Positions 7,594-17,753 of a stretch of 50,329 bases of DNA are shown in pieces. Made by a program: the position numbers and the translations under genes. Source of the stretch: an uncultured Planctomycetia bacterium (GTDB lineage Bacteria; Omnitrophota; Gorgyraeia; JABMRG01); contig CAZDLP010000002.1 in assembly GCA_964506565.1 (NCBI GenBank), positions 1-50,329 of the forward strand, given 5' to 3'. The notes beneath the pieces were generated by a model. It searched no databases and had not been told where the DNA came from. It saw only the letters and a program-made list of their open reading frames with translations. Within the stretch, counting starts at the first letter, position 1. Every line of letters starts with the position of its first letter.

Positions 7594-9243
7594 CTAATCG
7601 CATTGCACATAAGACCATGGCAGGCTTTCTTTTTCGTCTTTTTCACTGAGGCAAGACTCCCTATCGAGGCCACAGCGTGTAAAGGCCTCATCCCATATCT
7701 TTGGGTTGAAGGATTCACTCCACGCGTCAAACCTGGCGCCTTGGTTCCAAGCATCAAGCAGGGCCTTTGACATATTTCTGTCACCTCTTGAAAATAACGC
7801 CTCTAATACGCTGGTCTCTATATCATGGAACTTAAGCTTTAGATATCTCTTGCTTCTGGCCTTGGATGCAATTAATGCCTGTTTCGCCTTAAGTTGATCC
7901 GGGCTTGCCATTTTTTCGCGCTCAAAAAACGTATGTGGCTTCGGTATAAATGACGAAACATTTACTATTATCTCCGCCGGGCCACCTGAAATCTCTTTTT
8001 TAAGCCTAGCGATAGAATCAGCTAGATCAACAATCGCTTCTATATCCTTATCTTCTTCTTCAGGTAGTCCTATCATAAAGTAGAGCTTTATCCTGCGCCA
8101 CCCGTTTGCGTAAGCATGCCTTAACACCTTAAATAGCGTATCATGGTCAATCTTTTTATTAATCACCTTCTGCATCTTCTCTGTCCCCACCTCCGGGGCG
8201 AATGTAAGAGAACTCTTCTTGATAACACTTATAAGCGTTGGTAGGTTCTCAAGATTATCTTCTACGCGCAAAGATGGCAGCGAGATGCCGACACCTACAG
8301 GAAGAAATATCTCTGTCAGGTCCTTTATCAGCTCCTCAATACCCGGATAACTTGAACTCGAAAGAGACAGAAGCGAAAGATCGTCTAAACCGGTATTTCT
8401 GTATGACTCTTTTGCCAGTTCGAGCACATCATCTTTATCTCGTATGCGAACAGGATGATATAGAGATTTTGCCTGGCAAAAATGGCACTTATTTGGGCAG
8501 CCTCTCATGACCTCAAGGGTAATCCGGTCATGAACTGTCTGGATATAAGGAACTATCGGACTTACTGGAAAATCCTCTTTTTTTAAAACACTGATTTTGC
8601 GCCTTTTGATTCTTTCGTTTTCATTATAACGCGATGGCACGTATACACCTTCTATTTTTTTCATCTCATCGAGTAGATTATTTCTATCAGACTTGTGTCC
8701 AATATATGTATCAATTATATCAGAGATAGCCTCCTCTCCATCACCGATAAGAAATAGATCTATAAAATCCGCGATCGGCTCCGGATTGCAAGCACTGGGA
8801 CCTCCCGCGATTATAAGCGGGTAATCACCTTTTTTTCTATCCTGACTTTTAAAAGGTATCTTGGCGAGCGAGAGCATGGTAAGCATATTTGTATACGTTA
8901 GCTCATACGAAAGGGAAAAACCCAGTATATCAAACTCTGTTAGAGGCATCTTACTTTCAAGTGAAAACAAGGGGATATTATTCTTTATCATGGCATCTTC
9001 CATATCCAACCATGGAGTAAAAGAGCGCTCACATAGGACATTGTCATTCTTATTGAGAATATGATAGAGCATCTTGATACCCAAATTACTCATGCCTATC
9101 TCATAGAGATCCGGAAAGCATAGGCAAAACTTTACAGTTTTTCTTTCCCACTTCTTTTTAATTATATTGTGCTCTTCTCCTATGTAGCGGGCCGGCTTGC
9201 GGATACTAAGCAGAAATTCTTCTGTCAACTCAACTGGATTCAT
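7594..9243 (-). CDS. B12-binding-domain radical SAM protein (resembles the uncharacterised TIGR03960-type family)
   Basis: 549 aa. CxxxCxxC cluster motif MRGCPNKCHFCQA. The N-terminal region is consistent with a cobalamin-binding-like fold. Confidence 0.75.
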   Translation of the reverse strand: MNPVELTEEFLLSIRKPARYIGEEHNIIKKKWERKTVKFCLCFPDLYEIGMSNLGIKMLYHILNKNDNVLCERSFTPWLDMEDAMIKNNIPLFSLESKMPLTEFDILGFSLSYELTYTNMLTMLSLAKIPFKSQDRKKGDYPLIIAGGPSACNPEPIADFIDLFLIGDGEEAISDIIDTYIGHKSDRNNLLDEMKKIEGVYVPSRYNENERIKRRKISVLKKEDFPVSPIVPYIQTVHDRITLEVMRGCPNKCHFCQAKSLYHPVRIRDKDDVLELAKESYRNTGLDDLSLLSLSSSSYPGIEELIKDLTEIFLPVGVGISLPSLRVEDNLENLPTLISVIKKSSLTFAPEVGTEKMQKVINKKIDHDTLFKVLRHAYANGWRRIKLYFMIGLPEEEDKDIEAIVDLADSIARLKKEISGGPAEIIVNVSSFIPKPHTFFEREKMASPDQLKAKQALIASKARSKRYLKLKFHDIETSVLEALFSRGDRNMSKALLDAWNQGARFDAWSESFNPKIWDEAFTRCGLDRESCLSEKDEKESLPWSYVQCD

Positions 9244-9297
9244 AATATTTTTTTATTTACCTTTCTCTTCTTTTGCAATAGCAGAATTTTAACAGCT

Positions 9298-9399
9298 GCT
9301 TATGCCTCTTGCCTTTAGCAGCATGCTGGTATTTTTGCCATCTATTTAATAAATGCAGGGCAAAAAATCCAAGGCGCTGCTAAAGGCAAAGGCATAAGC
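9298..9399. repeat. Imperfect palindromic intergenic element, copy A (42-nt arms, 18-nt loop)
   Basis: 5' arm gcttatgcctcttgcctttagcagcatgctggtatttttgcc pairs with 3' arm gggcaaaaaatccaaggcgctgctaaaggcaaaggcataagc. The core is shared with the copies at 18679, 23390 and 34178. Confidence 0.8.
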
Positions 9400-9438
9400 A
9401 ATATGTTTACCTGCGCAAACTACAACGAGGCTATCTCG

Positions 9439-10548
9439 CTAGAAGATTTTGCGCTTCGCGTTAACGCTGATAGCCAATGATATAAGAACCATTATAGTCA
9501 TAAGATTAGAACCACCATAACTTACCAAAGGAAGAGGCAACCCTACGACCGGCATCAGCCCTATAGTCATGGCTATATTTACAAAGACCTGAAACCATAT
9601 TAGCGTAATAATACCTGTTATCAAAAGTTTGCCACTCTGATCATTGGTAGTATTAGCGATATATAAAAGCTGTTTTACAAGCAGTAAGAAGAGTCCCAAA
9701 AGTATAACTGAACCCGCGAAACCCCATTCCTCGCCGATAACTGAAAATATAAAATCTGTATGTCGTTCCGGCAAGAAATTTAACTGGTTTTGCGTGCCCG
9801 AGAGCCAGCCTTTGCCAAATAATCCCCCTGAACCCACAGCGATCTTTGATTGAATAATGGTATACCCCGCACCAAGAGGATCTATATTGGGGTTTAAAAA
9901 GACAAGCAGCCTTTTTCTCTGGTAGACCTTTAGCATCGACCACATAAAGGGCAAGGCCGCAGAGCCTGTGAGGACAAGAATGATGAGGTGCTTTATCTTT
10001 GCCCCTGCTACAAATATCATAACAAAGAATATAGGCAAGAATACCAAAGCTGTGCCAAGGTCAGGTTGTTTCAATATCAGGAGAAAAGGCACCATGCATA
10101 GCAGTAAAGACAGCAGTATTGTTTTAAAGCTATCCAGCCTGCCGCTATTATCACTTAGGAATCTAGCAAAAACCAGTATGAAACTTATCTTGCAAAATTC
10201 AGATGGCTGCAGACTAAAAAGGCCGAGACTAAGCCATCTCTTCGCTCCAAGATGCGTATTACCGACTAAAAGCACGAGTACTAACAAGAAGAGATTTAAA
10301 CCAAATATTACATAGCTATAATCAAGCCACTTTTCATATCCGAGTGCTATAAACATAATCGATATAATAGCGGCAAGCCCAAACCATACAATCTGTTGCA
10401 TAGAAAAGTTCTTTACTGCACTGCTACCAGGACAATGTGAAGCGCTATACAGTGAAAAGAGCGCTATAACAAAGATAGCGCCTACTATAAGCAATAATAT
10501 CGGATCTCTTCCTTTAAAAATTTTATTCATCGCTATCCACAAATCCAT
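9439..10548 (-). CDS. rodA: Rod shape-determining SEDS glycosyltransferase RodA (FtsW/RodA/SpoVE family)
   Basis: 369 aa, polytopic, with a C-terminal GLPLPLVSYGGS motif. The start is uncertain (ATG at 10548 or 10530); both overlap the mrdA stop. Confidence 0.9.
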   Translation of the reverse strand: MDLWIAMNKIFKGRDPILLLIVGAIFVIALFSLYSASHCPGSSAVKNFSMQQIVWFGLAAIISIMFIALGYEKWLDYSYVIFGLNLFLLVLVLLVGNTHLGAKRWLSLGLFSLQPSEFCKISFILVFARFLSDNSGRLDSFKTILLSLLLCMVPFLLILKQPDLGTALVFLPIFFVMIFVAGAKIKHLIILVLTGSAALPFMWSMLKVYQRKRLLVFLNPNIDPLGAGYTIIQSKIAVGSGGLFGKGWLSGTQNQLNFLPERHTDFIFSVIGEEWGFAGSVILLGLFLLLVKQLLYIANTTNDQSGKLLITGIITLIWFQVFVNIAMTIGLMPVVGLPLPLVSYGGSNLMTIMVLISLAISVNAKRKIF

Positions 10549-12262
10549 TTTCTTTAAGATATGTTGCCAAAAGCCTAGTCATTTTAGCGGCTTCTACTCC
10601 GCCTGACCCACCATGCTCAATAAATACCACGAAACTTATCTTGGGATCATCAGAAGGCATGTAACCCGTAAACCAGGCGTGAGAATCCCCCTTTGTACCA
10701 GGCTGGGACGTACCTGTCTTCCCTGATATCTCCAAATCTTTTACTTTTACGCGTTGACCCGAACCTGTAGGACTATTTACTACGTTAAAAAGCCCTTCCT
10801 TGATAAGCTTAAATGTTCCGTGCCTGAATCTTGTAGTAAAATCCCTTTTCCGCGACAACCTTCTTCCTTCTATCTCTTCTACTATATATGGTTGCGGGCA
10901 ATAACCCTCATTTGCAACAATAGTAATAACTCTCAGCATCTGGATAGGGGTAACTAAGAGATACCCCTGGCCAATAGAATAATTTATAGTATCGCCCTCA
11001 TACCACGGTTTTTTAATGACAAAGCGTTTCCACAGAGGGCCTGGGGCAACCCCCTTTATCTCTGAAGGCAGGTCTACCCCTGTAATAGCGCCGAGCCCGA
11101 ATGATAAAGCGTATCTATGAAGTTCCTCCGCGCCGAGGACCTTGCCGAGATTATAAAAAAAGACATTGCATGAATGTGCCAGTGCGTCAACTATATTCTG
11201 ATATCCATGGCCTGACCTTTTCCAGCACTTAAAACCTCTCTTTCCTAGGAAAAATATGCCCTTGCACATAAAGGTTGTTGTCTTTTTCACTGCTCCGGTC
11301 GCTATGCCAGCGGCCGAGACGATAACCTTGAATGTAGACCCTGGAGGATAACTGCATGCTATAGCCCTGTTAAGAAGCGGCAGATCCTTATCTGTCAGTA
11401 TTTTAGCCCTCTCTCTGTTGGTGCCAATATTAAAAATATTAGGGTCAAATTCAGGACTACTTACAAGACCTAAGATCTTGCCTGTCTTAGCCTCCATCAC
11501 TATAAGTGCGCCATTCTTATTTTCAAAGAGCATGCTCATAAAACGCTGCAGGCCTAAGTCTATAGTAAGGGTGATATTCTTGCCCCCGCGAGGTTCCTTG
11601 AACCCGAGCCTGGAGACCTCTCTTGAGCGCGAATCTACTTCTATCTGTATGCCGCCGTCTTCACCCTGGAGATAACCATCATAATATTTCTCAACACCAC
11701 TTTTTCCTACAAGGTCTTTTATGCTGTATCCATAGGCCTTAAGCTTTTTCAGCTCTGTCGGAGCTATCTTACCTATGTAGCCTATAACATGCGAGGCTAT
11801 CTCATTGTTTGGGTATATTCGCCTTGGGGTAGCGCATATTAACGCACCCCCAACTTCGGTAAGCCTCTCCTCTATGGAAAACGCCTCTTCTGCCTTTAAA
11901 TTCCCTGCTACTGTCGCGGGTACAAATGGTAAACGGTAGTTTCTCTTATAATTTTTCTTAAGCTTTTTTACCTTGATGCCAGTTATCTCGCTTAAGCGCT
12001 TTAAGGTAATATCTATATCCGATACTTCCTGTGGTATAATTACCAGGTCAAAAGATATCTCGTCTTTGGCGAATACCTTACCTGTTCTATCATATATCCC
12101 TCCGCGCGAGGCCTGAACAGGGATTACCCTAAGACTGTTTCTAAGGCTTAAAGACCTGTAATGCGCGGATCTTATAACCTGAAAATAAAAAAGCGCGCCT
12201 ATTAATACCAAAAACGACGCGAGTATAGCCGCGCTTACTATCCTTATGCGTTGATTAAACAT
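10523..12262 (-). CDS. mrdA: Penicillin-binding protein 2 (elongasome transpeptidase)
   Basis: 579 aa. N-terminal anchor plus STFK, SCN and KTGT transpeptidase motifs. Confidence 0.9.
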   Translation of the reverse strand: MFNQRIRIVSAAILASFLVLIGALFYFQVIRSAHYRSLSLRNSLRVIPVQASRGGIYDRTGKVFAKDEISFDLVIIPQEVSDIDITLKRLSEITGIKVKKLKKNYKRNYRLPFVPATVAGNLKAEEAFSIEERLTEVGGALICATPRRIYPNNEIASHVIGYIGKIAPTELKKLKAYGYSIKDLVGKSGVEKYYDGYLQGEDGGIQIEVDSRSREVSRLGFKEPRGGKNITLTIDLGLQRFMSMLFENKNGALIVMEAKTGKILGLVSSPEFDPNIFNIGTNRERAKILTDKDLPLLNRAIACSYPPGSTFKVIVSAAGIATGAVKKTTTFMCKGIFFLGKRGFKCWKRSGHGYQNIVDALAHSCNVFFYNLGKVLGAEELHRYALSFGLGAITGVDLPSEIKGVAPGPLWKRFVIKKPWYEGDTINYSIGQGYLLVTPIQMLRVITIVANEGYCPQPYIVEEIEGRRLSRKRDFTTRFRHGTFKLIKEGLFNVVNSPTGSGQRVKVKDLEISGKTGTSQPGTKGDSHAWFTGYMPSDDPKISFVVFIEHGGSGGVEAAKMTRLLATYLKENGFVDSDE

Positions 12263-12296
12263 ATTTTTAAATGGACTTATTTTATTAGAACTTTTC

Positions 12297-12800
12297 TTAT
12301 ATCACGTGCGCAAGCCGGATGCGCAGGACCCTTGAGGCCGTGAAAAAAACCAGGGGCGAGATAAACCCTGTATAGAGCGCCCCTTTTACAGCAACATCAA
12401 AAAATGGATAAAAGGGCCCAATCCCTCTTTGCGCTATCGAATTAATCCCAAAAACAAAGATAGCTACAAATATATACGAGCAAAGACCAAACATCATTTG
12501 AGCGGGTATTCTTTCCTTGTAAAATCTTCTCTGATGATAATTTAAAAGCAATCCAAGGGCTAAGAATGATAACACATAACTTCCAAAGACCGCGGATGAG
12601 GTAACATCCTTTATTATTCCGGCTGTTATCGCTGCTTTTATCGTCTCTGGCCCCTGACATGCCAAAGATATATATATAACTATAACAAGCAGTAAGTCCG
12701 GTTTTATCCCGGCAATCTCTATATAATCAAAGGCCCCAACCTGTATAAAACCAGCACATACTACCAGCAATATAATAGCTATCGCGCTTATTCGATACAC
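12297..12800 (-). CDS. mreD: Rod shape-determining protein MreD
   Basis: 167 aa, polytopic and hydrophobic. Sits between mreC and mrdA and overlaps mreC by 13 nt. Confidence 0.7.
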   Translation of the reverse strand: MYRISAIAIILLVVCAGFIQVGAFDYIEIAGIKPDLLLVIVIYISLACQGPETIKAAITAGIIKDVTSSAVFGSYVLSFLALGLLLNYHQRRFYKERIPAQMMFGLCSYIFVAIFVFGINSIAQRGIGPFYPFFDVAVKGALYTGFISPLVFFTASRVLRIRLAHVI

Positions 12801-13561
12801 AAGACCTCCTCAAGACTTGTAAAGTCAACAGCCGGCTCTACTATAGCGGTAAGGCTTAAACCTCTTTGCTCCCTTATAATCTTTACGACCTTTCCAATAA
12901 GAATGCCTTTTGGATATATATCACTAAAACCCGATGTTACTATCTCATCACCTACCAGGATGTCTGTAACCAGCGGTAGGTATCTCAATTCGCATAGATT
13001 AGAAGATGTTCCAAAAAGTATGCCTATCTGCCGTGACCTGGAACATACAGCGCTTACACGGGAATTTGGATCTGTAATAAGAATCACCCTGCTCATTGAT
13101 GATGAACTCTCATACACGCGGCCAACCAGCCCCGCTTCCGCGACTATTACCGCATCCGGTTTTATCTTCTGCTTACTACCCTGGTTTATAACGATGGTAT
13201 CAGAAAAATTAGAAGAATCTTTGGCTATAATACCCGCTGCTATAAGCTTTGATGATGAGACCTTTTTAAAATTCAGCAATGCCCTTAAACGGGCATTCTC
13301 CTGCCCTATCTCCTTGTACTGGCTAATTTGAAGAGTAAGCGCATCAACAGTATCGCGCAGGCATTTATTATCCTGGATCATATTCTTGGAATGAGCCAAA
13401 TAATTAGTGTTTCGGAAAAAAGCATGGGTAAGGTTAAGAGGTAGTTTGGCTATCTTTAAAAACAGAAATTTAGGCTTATCAATATATTTAGGCGGGGAAA
13501 AATAGATAAGCGCTATATATAGGATTATGACTAAAACTGGTATAGATTTTTTTATGTTCAC
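12788..13561 (-). CDS. mreC: Rod shape-determining protein MreC
   Basis: 257 aa. N-terminal TM, short coiled coil (ENARLRALL), beta-rich C-domain (VVAEAGLVGRV..., VTSGFSDIYPKGILIGKV). Confidence 0.85.
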   Translation of the reverse strand: MNIKKSIPVLVIILYIALIYFSPPKYIDKPKFLFLKIAKLPLNLTHAFFRNTNYLAHSKNMIQDNKCLRDTVDALTLQISQYKEIGQENARLRALLNFKKVSSSKLIAAGIIAKDSSNFSDTIVINQGSKQKIKPDAVIVAEAGLVGRVYESSSSMSRVILITDPNSRVSAVCSRSRQIGILFGTSSNLCELRYLPLVTDILVGDEIVTSGFSDIYPKGILIGKVVKIIREQRGLSLTAIVEPAVDFTSLEEVLCIE

Positions 13562-13570
13562 TCAATGTTT

Positions 13571-14744
<1,174 letters not shown>

Positions 14745-14760
14745 TATTAATATAATAGAT

Positions 14761-16047
14761 TTACTTAGTAAGCGCCTTCAATATGTTCATAAAATCAGGA
14801 AAAGAGGTTGCTATGCAATCTGTATCGCTTACCCTAGTCTTATCTTCCGCAATACAGCCCGCTATTATGCTCATCATGGCGGTACGATGATCATAAAAGC
14901 TATCAACCGAGGCACCTTGCAGCCTTTTTGGTCCTTTTATAATAAAGGTATCTTCCTCTACCACGATATCGGCCCCAAAGGCCTTAAGATTGGTCATAAT
15001 GGAATGTACCCTATCAGTCTCTTTAACTCGCAGTTCTCCTATACCCTCTATAAAGGTAGTACCTTCAGCCTGTGTCGCGCAGAGTGCGATCATGGGTATC
15101 TCATCGATTAAAGAAGGAATCTGCTCTTTAAGAACCCTTGTTGCCTCAAGATCCGAACTTTTTACAATAATATCCGCGATCGGCTCAGAATCTCCGGACT
15201 TATTCACCATCTCTATGTCTGCCCCCATATCCATTAATACATTGATAATACCTGCTCGGGTAGGATTTATGCCGCATCTTTTTATCTTTATCTCAGCATC
15301 TTTTGCGATAGCTGCCAGAGTAATAAAAAATGCAGCGGACGATATGTCCGCGGGTATATCTATCTCTCTGGGCCCTAATTCCTTGTGCCCTAACCCTTCT
15401 ATTGATACAGATAGCCCTTCTTCGCTTACATCCACGCCAAAGAGTGATAGCATTCTCTCGGTATGATCTCTAGATTTATAAGGCTCCGTAATCATAGTCT
15501 TGCCATCAGCGTAAAGTCCGGCAAACATTATTGAAGATTTGACCTGCGCGCTAGCTATTGGAGATTTATAAGATAGCGACTTAAGCTGGCCTCCACATAT
15601 AGTAAGAGGGGCGAAGTTAGCATTATCCGCACCTTCTATTGAGGAGCCCATAAGCATTAATGGGTGGGTTACTCTCTTCATCGGCCTCTTTGAAAGCGAT
15701 GGATCACCCGTCAAAACAGATTTGAAATCCTGTCCAGATAATATGCCAAGCAAAAGCCGCATTGAGGTCCCTGAATTACCAAGGTATAGGCTGCCCTCAG
15801 AACGCTTAAGCCCTCTTAGCCCCTTGCCTTTTACAATAACATTACCATCTGCCTGAACATCAACAGAGATACCCATGCGCCTAAAAGCGTCTATTGTGAC
15901 GCGACAGTCCTCACCATCTAAAATATTTCTTAACAGGCTTTCGCCTTTAGCGATAGAAGAGATCATGACAGCTCGATGGGATATTGATTTATCGCCACTG
16001 ACAGCGATATCTCCTCGCAAAACAGGTATTTTTTCTATATTTATCAT
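14761..16047 (-). CDS. aroA: 3-phosphoshikimate 1-carboxyvinyltransferase (EPSP synthase), class II type
   Basis: 428 aa. Contains GDKS, SAQVK, RDHTE and NPTR, the four signature motifs described for class II EPSPS. Confidence 0.9.
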   Translation of the reverse strand: MINIEKIPVLRGDIAVSGDKSISHRAVMISSIAKGESLLRNILDGEDCRVTIDAFRRMGISVDVQADGNVIVKGKGLRGLKRSEGSLYLGNSGTSMRLLLGILSGQDFKSVLTGDPSLSKRPMKRVTHPLMLMGSSIEGADNANFAPLTICGGQLKSLSYKSPIASAQVKSSIMFAGLYADGKTMITEPYKSRDHTERMLSLFGVDVSEEGLSVSIEGLGHKELGPREIDIPADISSAAFFITLAAIAKDAEIKIKRCGINPTRAGIINVLMDMGADIEMVNKSGDSEPIADIIVKSSDLEATRVLKEQIPSLIDEIPMIALCATQAEGTTFIEGIGELRVKETDRVHSIMTNLKAFGADIVVEEDTFIIKGPKRLQGASVDSFYDHRTAMMSIIAGCIAEDKTRVSDTDCIATSFPDFMNILKALTK

Positions 16048-16065
16048 ATTATCAAGAAAATTATT

Positions 16066-16830
16066 TTAATTCCTCAAGAGCTTAACCGTATCACCGTAAA
16101 AGATCTCTACATTGCGCCATTCATCAAATACTATTATACTTGACATATCCTCATAGACATTCTCTATAATAGCCTTCGCGATAAGTGCCGAATTACGGTA
16201 TATACCTAAGACATCTCCGCTTCTTACATTATCAAAAGAGCCAAGATCTATTACCGCAAAATTGTATTCGCGATTAATATCAACTATCTTACCATCAACA
16301 GGATCTGCTATCTTAACCACTATCTTACGCAATTCAACACCTTGCGAAGCCTCTAGGTAGGATTTTATCTTTTCCTCCAACACAGATTTCTTGCTTCGCA
16401 TCGATTCCAGGGCCTGGATCACATCTTCATGGTCTCCCTTTACTTTACTCAACTCATCCTTTAGCGCGCTCTCTTCAATCTTAAGATCTTCCAAGGCCTG
16501 CTGTAACCCAGAAAACGCGTCCTTATTCTCCTGAAGTTGCGCCAGTATAGATTCTTTCTCTTTCTGTATATTTACAATCTCAGCCTCATTGGACTGAATC
16601 TTCTCGCTATAACCCTGCAGATCGGAGGCAAACGCTTCCTTTTCCTTCTTTGATTCTATTATTTTTTTAAGCAGTACCATCTTTTTAGCGGAAACAATCG
16701 ATATCTCGTTCTTTATAGACTCTGTTTTCTTAACCTCCGCATTTGACTGCACAAAAAAAAGCGTGGCAACACCGAAAGCTAAAATAATTATTAATATTCC
16801 AGCTATTATGATTTGGTTATTCTTATCCAT
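16066..16830 (-). CDS. Membrane-anchored coiled-coil protein, paralogue 2 (function unknown)
   Basis: 254 aa. One N-terminal TM, about 140 aa of K/E/L/Q-rich heptad-like sequence, and a C-terminal module GKIVDINREYNFAVIDLGSFDNVRSGDVLGIYRN shared with the upstream gene. Confidence 0.7.
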   Translation of the reverse strand: MDKNNQIIIAGILIIILAFGVATLFFVQSNAEVKKTESIKNEISIVSAKKMVLLKKIIESKKEKEAFASDLQGYSEKIQSNEAEIVNIQKEKESILAQLQENKDAFSGLQQALEDLKIEESALKDELSKVKGDHEDVIQALESMRSKKSVLEEKIKSYLEASQGVELRKIVVKIADPVDGKIVDINREYNFAVIDLGSFDNVRSGDVLGIYRNSALIAKAIIENVYEDMSSIIVFDEWRNVEIFYGDTVKLLRN

Positions 16831-16837
16831 TTTTTAT

Positions 16838-17668
16838 CTATACCTGGGGAAATACCATGTCCCCGGCCCTTATCTCTGAGAGTGTATCCTTATCAATAAG
16901 AGCGGCAGCGGAAATGTTCTCTCTTGCTGTCTCTACCCTTATCTGACCTATGTTTCTATTGTCACGCTGAATATTAAATACCATGCCTTCGGTTATTCCA
17001 TCTCTTCTTCCAAGGCTAATAACTATAAAAGCAAACTCCCTGTTTATTGTTAATACCTCTCCATAAGTAGCAGCAGATTCTCCGGCTAAAGAAGTGTTGG
17101 ATTGCTCAACAGCGGGGGCTACTGATGTATAAGTAGTAATATCCGGCACATCGCCATTGGCTTGATATTGGATCTGTTCTAATGGCTTTTCTTGCTCGTA
17201 CCGGGAAAGCCTATCTTGCAGGGCATCTCTGGTCTTGGTAAGTAATGTCAGCTTTTCTGAGACCTTCATGGTATCTCTGAATATATAGTCTACTCTATTT
17301 TTGAGGTTCTTGAAATTAGAATCGATCTGCGTTATTTCTCGTTGTGTGAGGATGCTATCATTGTTGAGCCTTGATAATTGACGCTTGGAAAAACTTATGG
17401 CATTCTTATAACCGGCAAGCTCATTATCCAGGGCCATTGCCTTCTTCATTAAATCCGAGACATTCTTCTTAAGGCCTTCTTTCTCTTTATCTACGCGCGA
17501 TAGTTTCTCCTGTGCTTTTTTCTCGGCAATAGTCTCGTTAAAAAGGCTATCCTCCGCTAATAAGCGCTCACTTATAGCAACCTTTTTGAGCAAAAAACAC
17601 CACACACCCGCGCATAAGGCCAATACCACTAAGACTATTATTATAATATCTTTTATATTTTTATACAT
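16838..17668 (-). CDS. Membrane-anchored coiled-coil protein, paralogue 1 (function unknown)
   Basis: 276 aa. One N-terminal TM, a long coiled-coil-like region, and a C-terminal module GEVLTINREFAFIVISLGRRDGITEGMVFNIQRD. Confidence 0.7.
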   Translation of the reverse strand: MYKNIKDIIIIVLVVLALCAGVWCFLLKKVAISERLLAEDSLFNETIAEKKAQEKLSRVDKEKEGLKKNVSDLMKKAMALDNELAGYKNAISFSKRQLSRLNNDSILTQREITQIDSNFKNLKNRVDYIFRDTMKVSEKLTLLTKTRDALQDRLSRYEQEKPLEQIQYQANGDVPDITTYTSVAPAVEQSNTSLAGESAATYGEVLTINREFAFIVISLGRRDGITEGMVFNIQRDNRNIGQIRVETARENISAAALIDKDTLSEIRAGDMVFPQV

Positions 17669-17696
17669 AATAGATTACTTACACTTATTATATTAT

Positions 17697-17725
17697 AGTA
17701 TATTTGCAAAGTGGAATAAAGTCAA
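17697..17725 (-). promoter_or_regulatory. Sigma70-type promoter of the coiled-coil gene pair: TTGACT (17725-17720), 17 nt, TATACT (17702-17697)
   Basis: Minus strand reads TTGACTttattccactttgcaaaTATACT. Confidence 0.55.
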
Positions 17726-17753
17726 TTAATTAATACCTGCGCAAAAAGCTTTT

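Noticed and set aside
9408-9418. The 11-mer tacctgcgcaa recurs at 17734-17744, with near copies at 23498-23508 and 49066-49076. Considered as a regulator-binding site.
   Set aside because: Chance recurrence of an 11-mer in 50 kb of biased sequence is expected. Its positions relative to promoters and genes are inconsistent. Two of the copies are probably just flanks of the palindromic elements.
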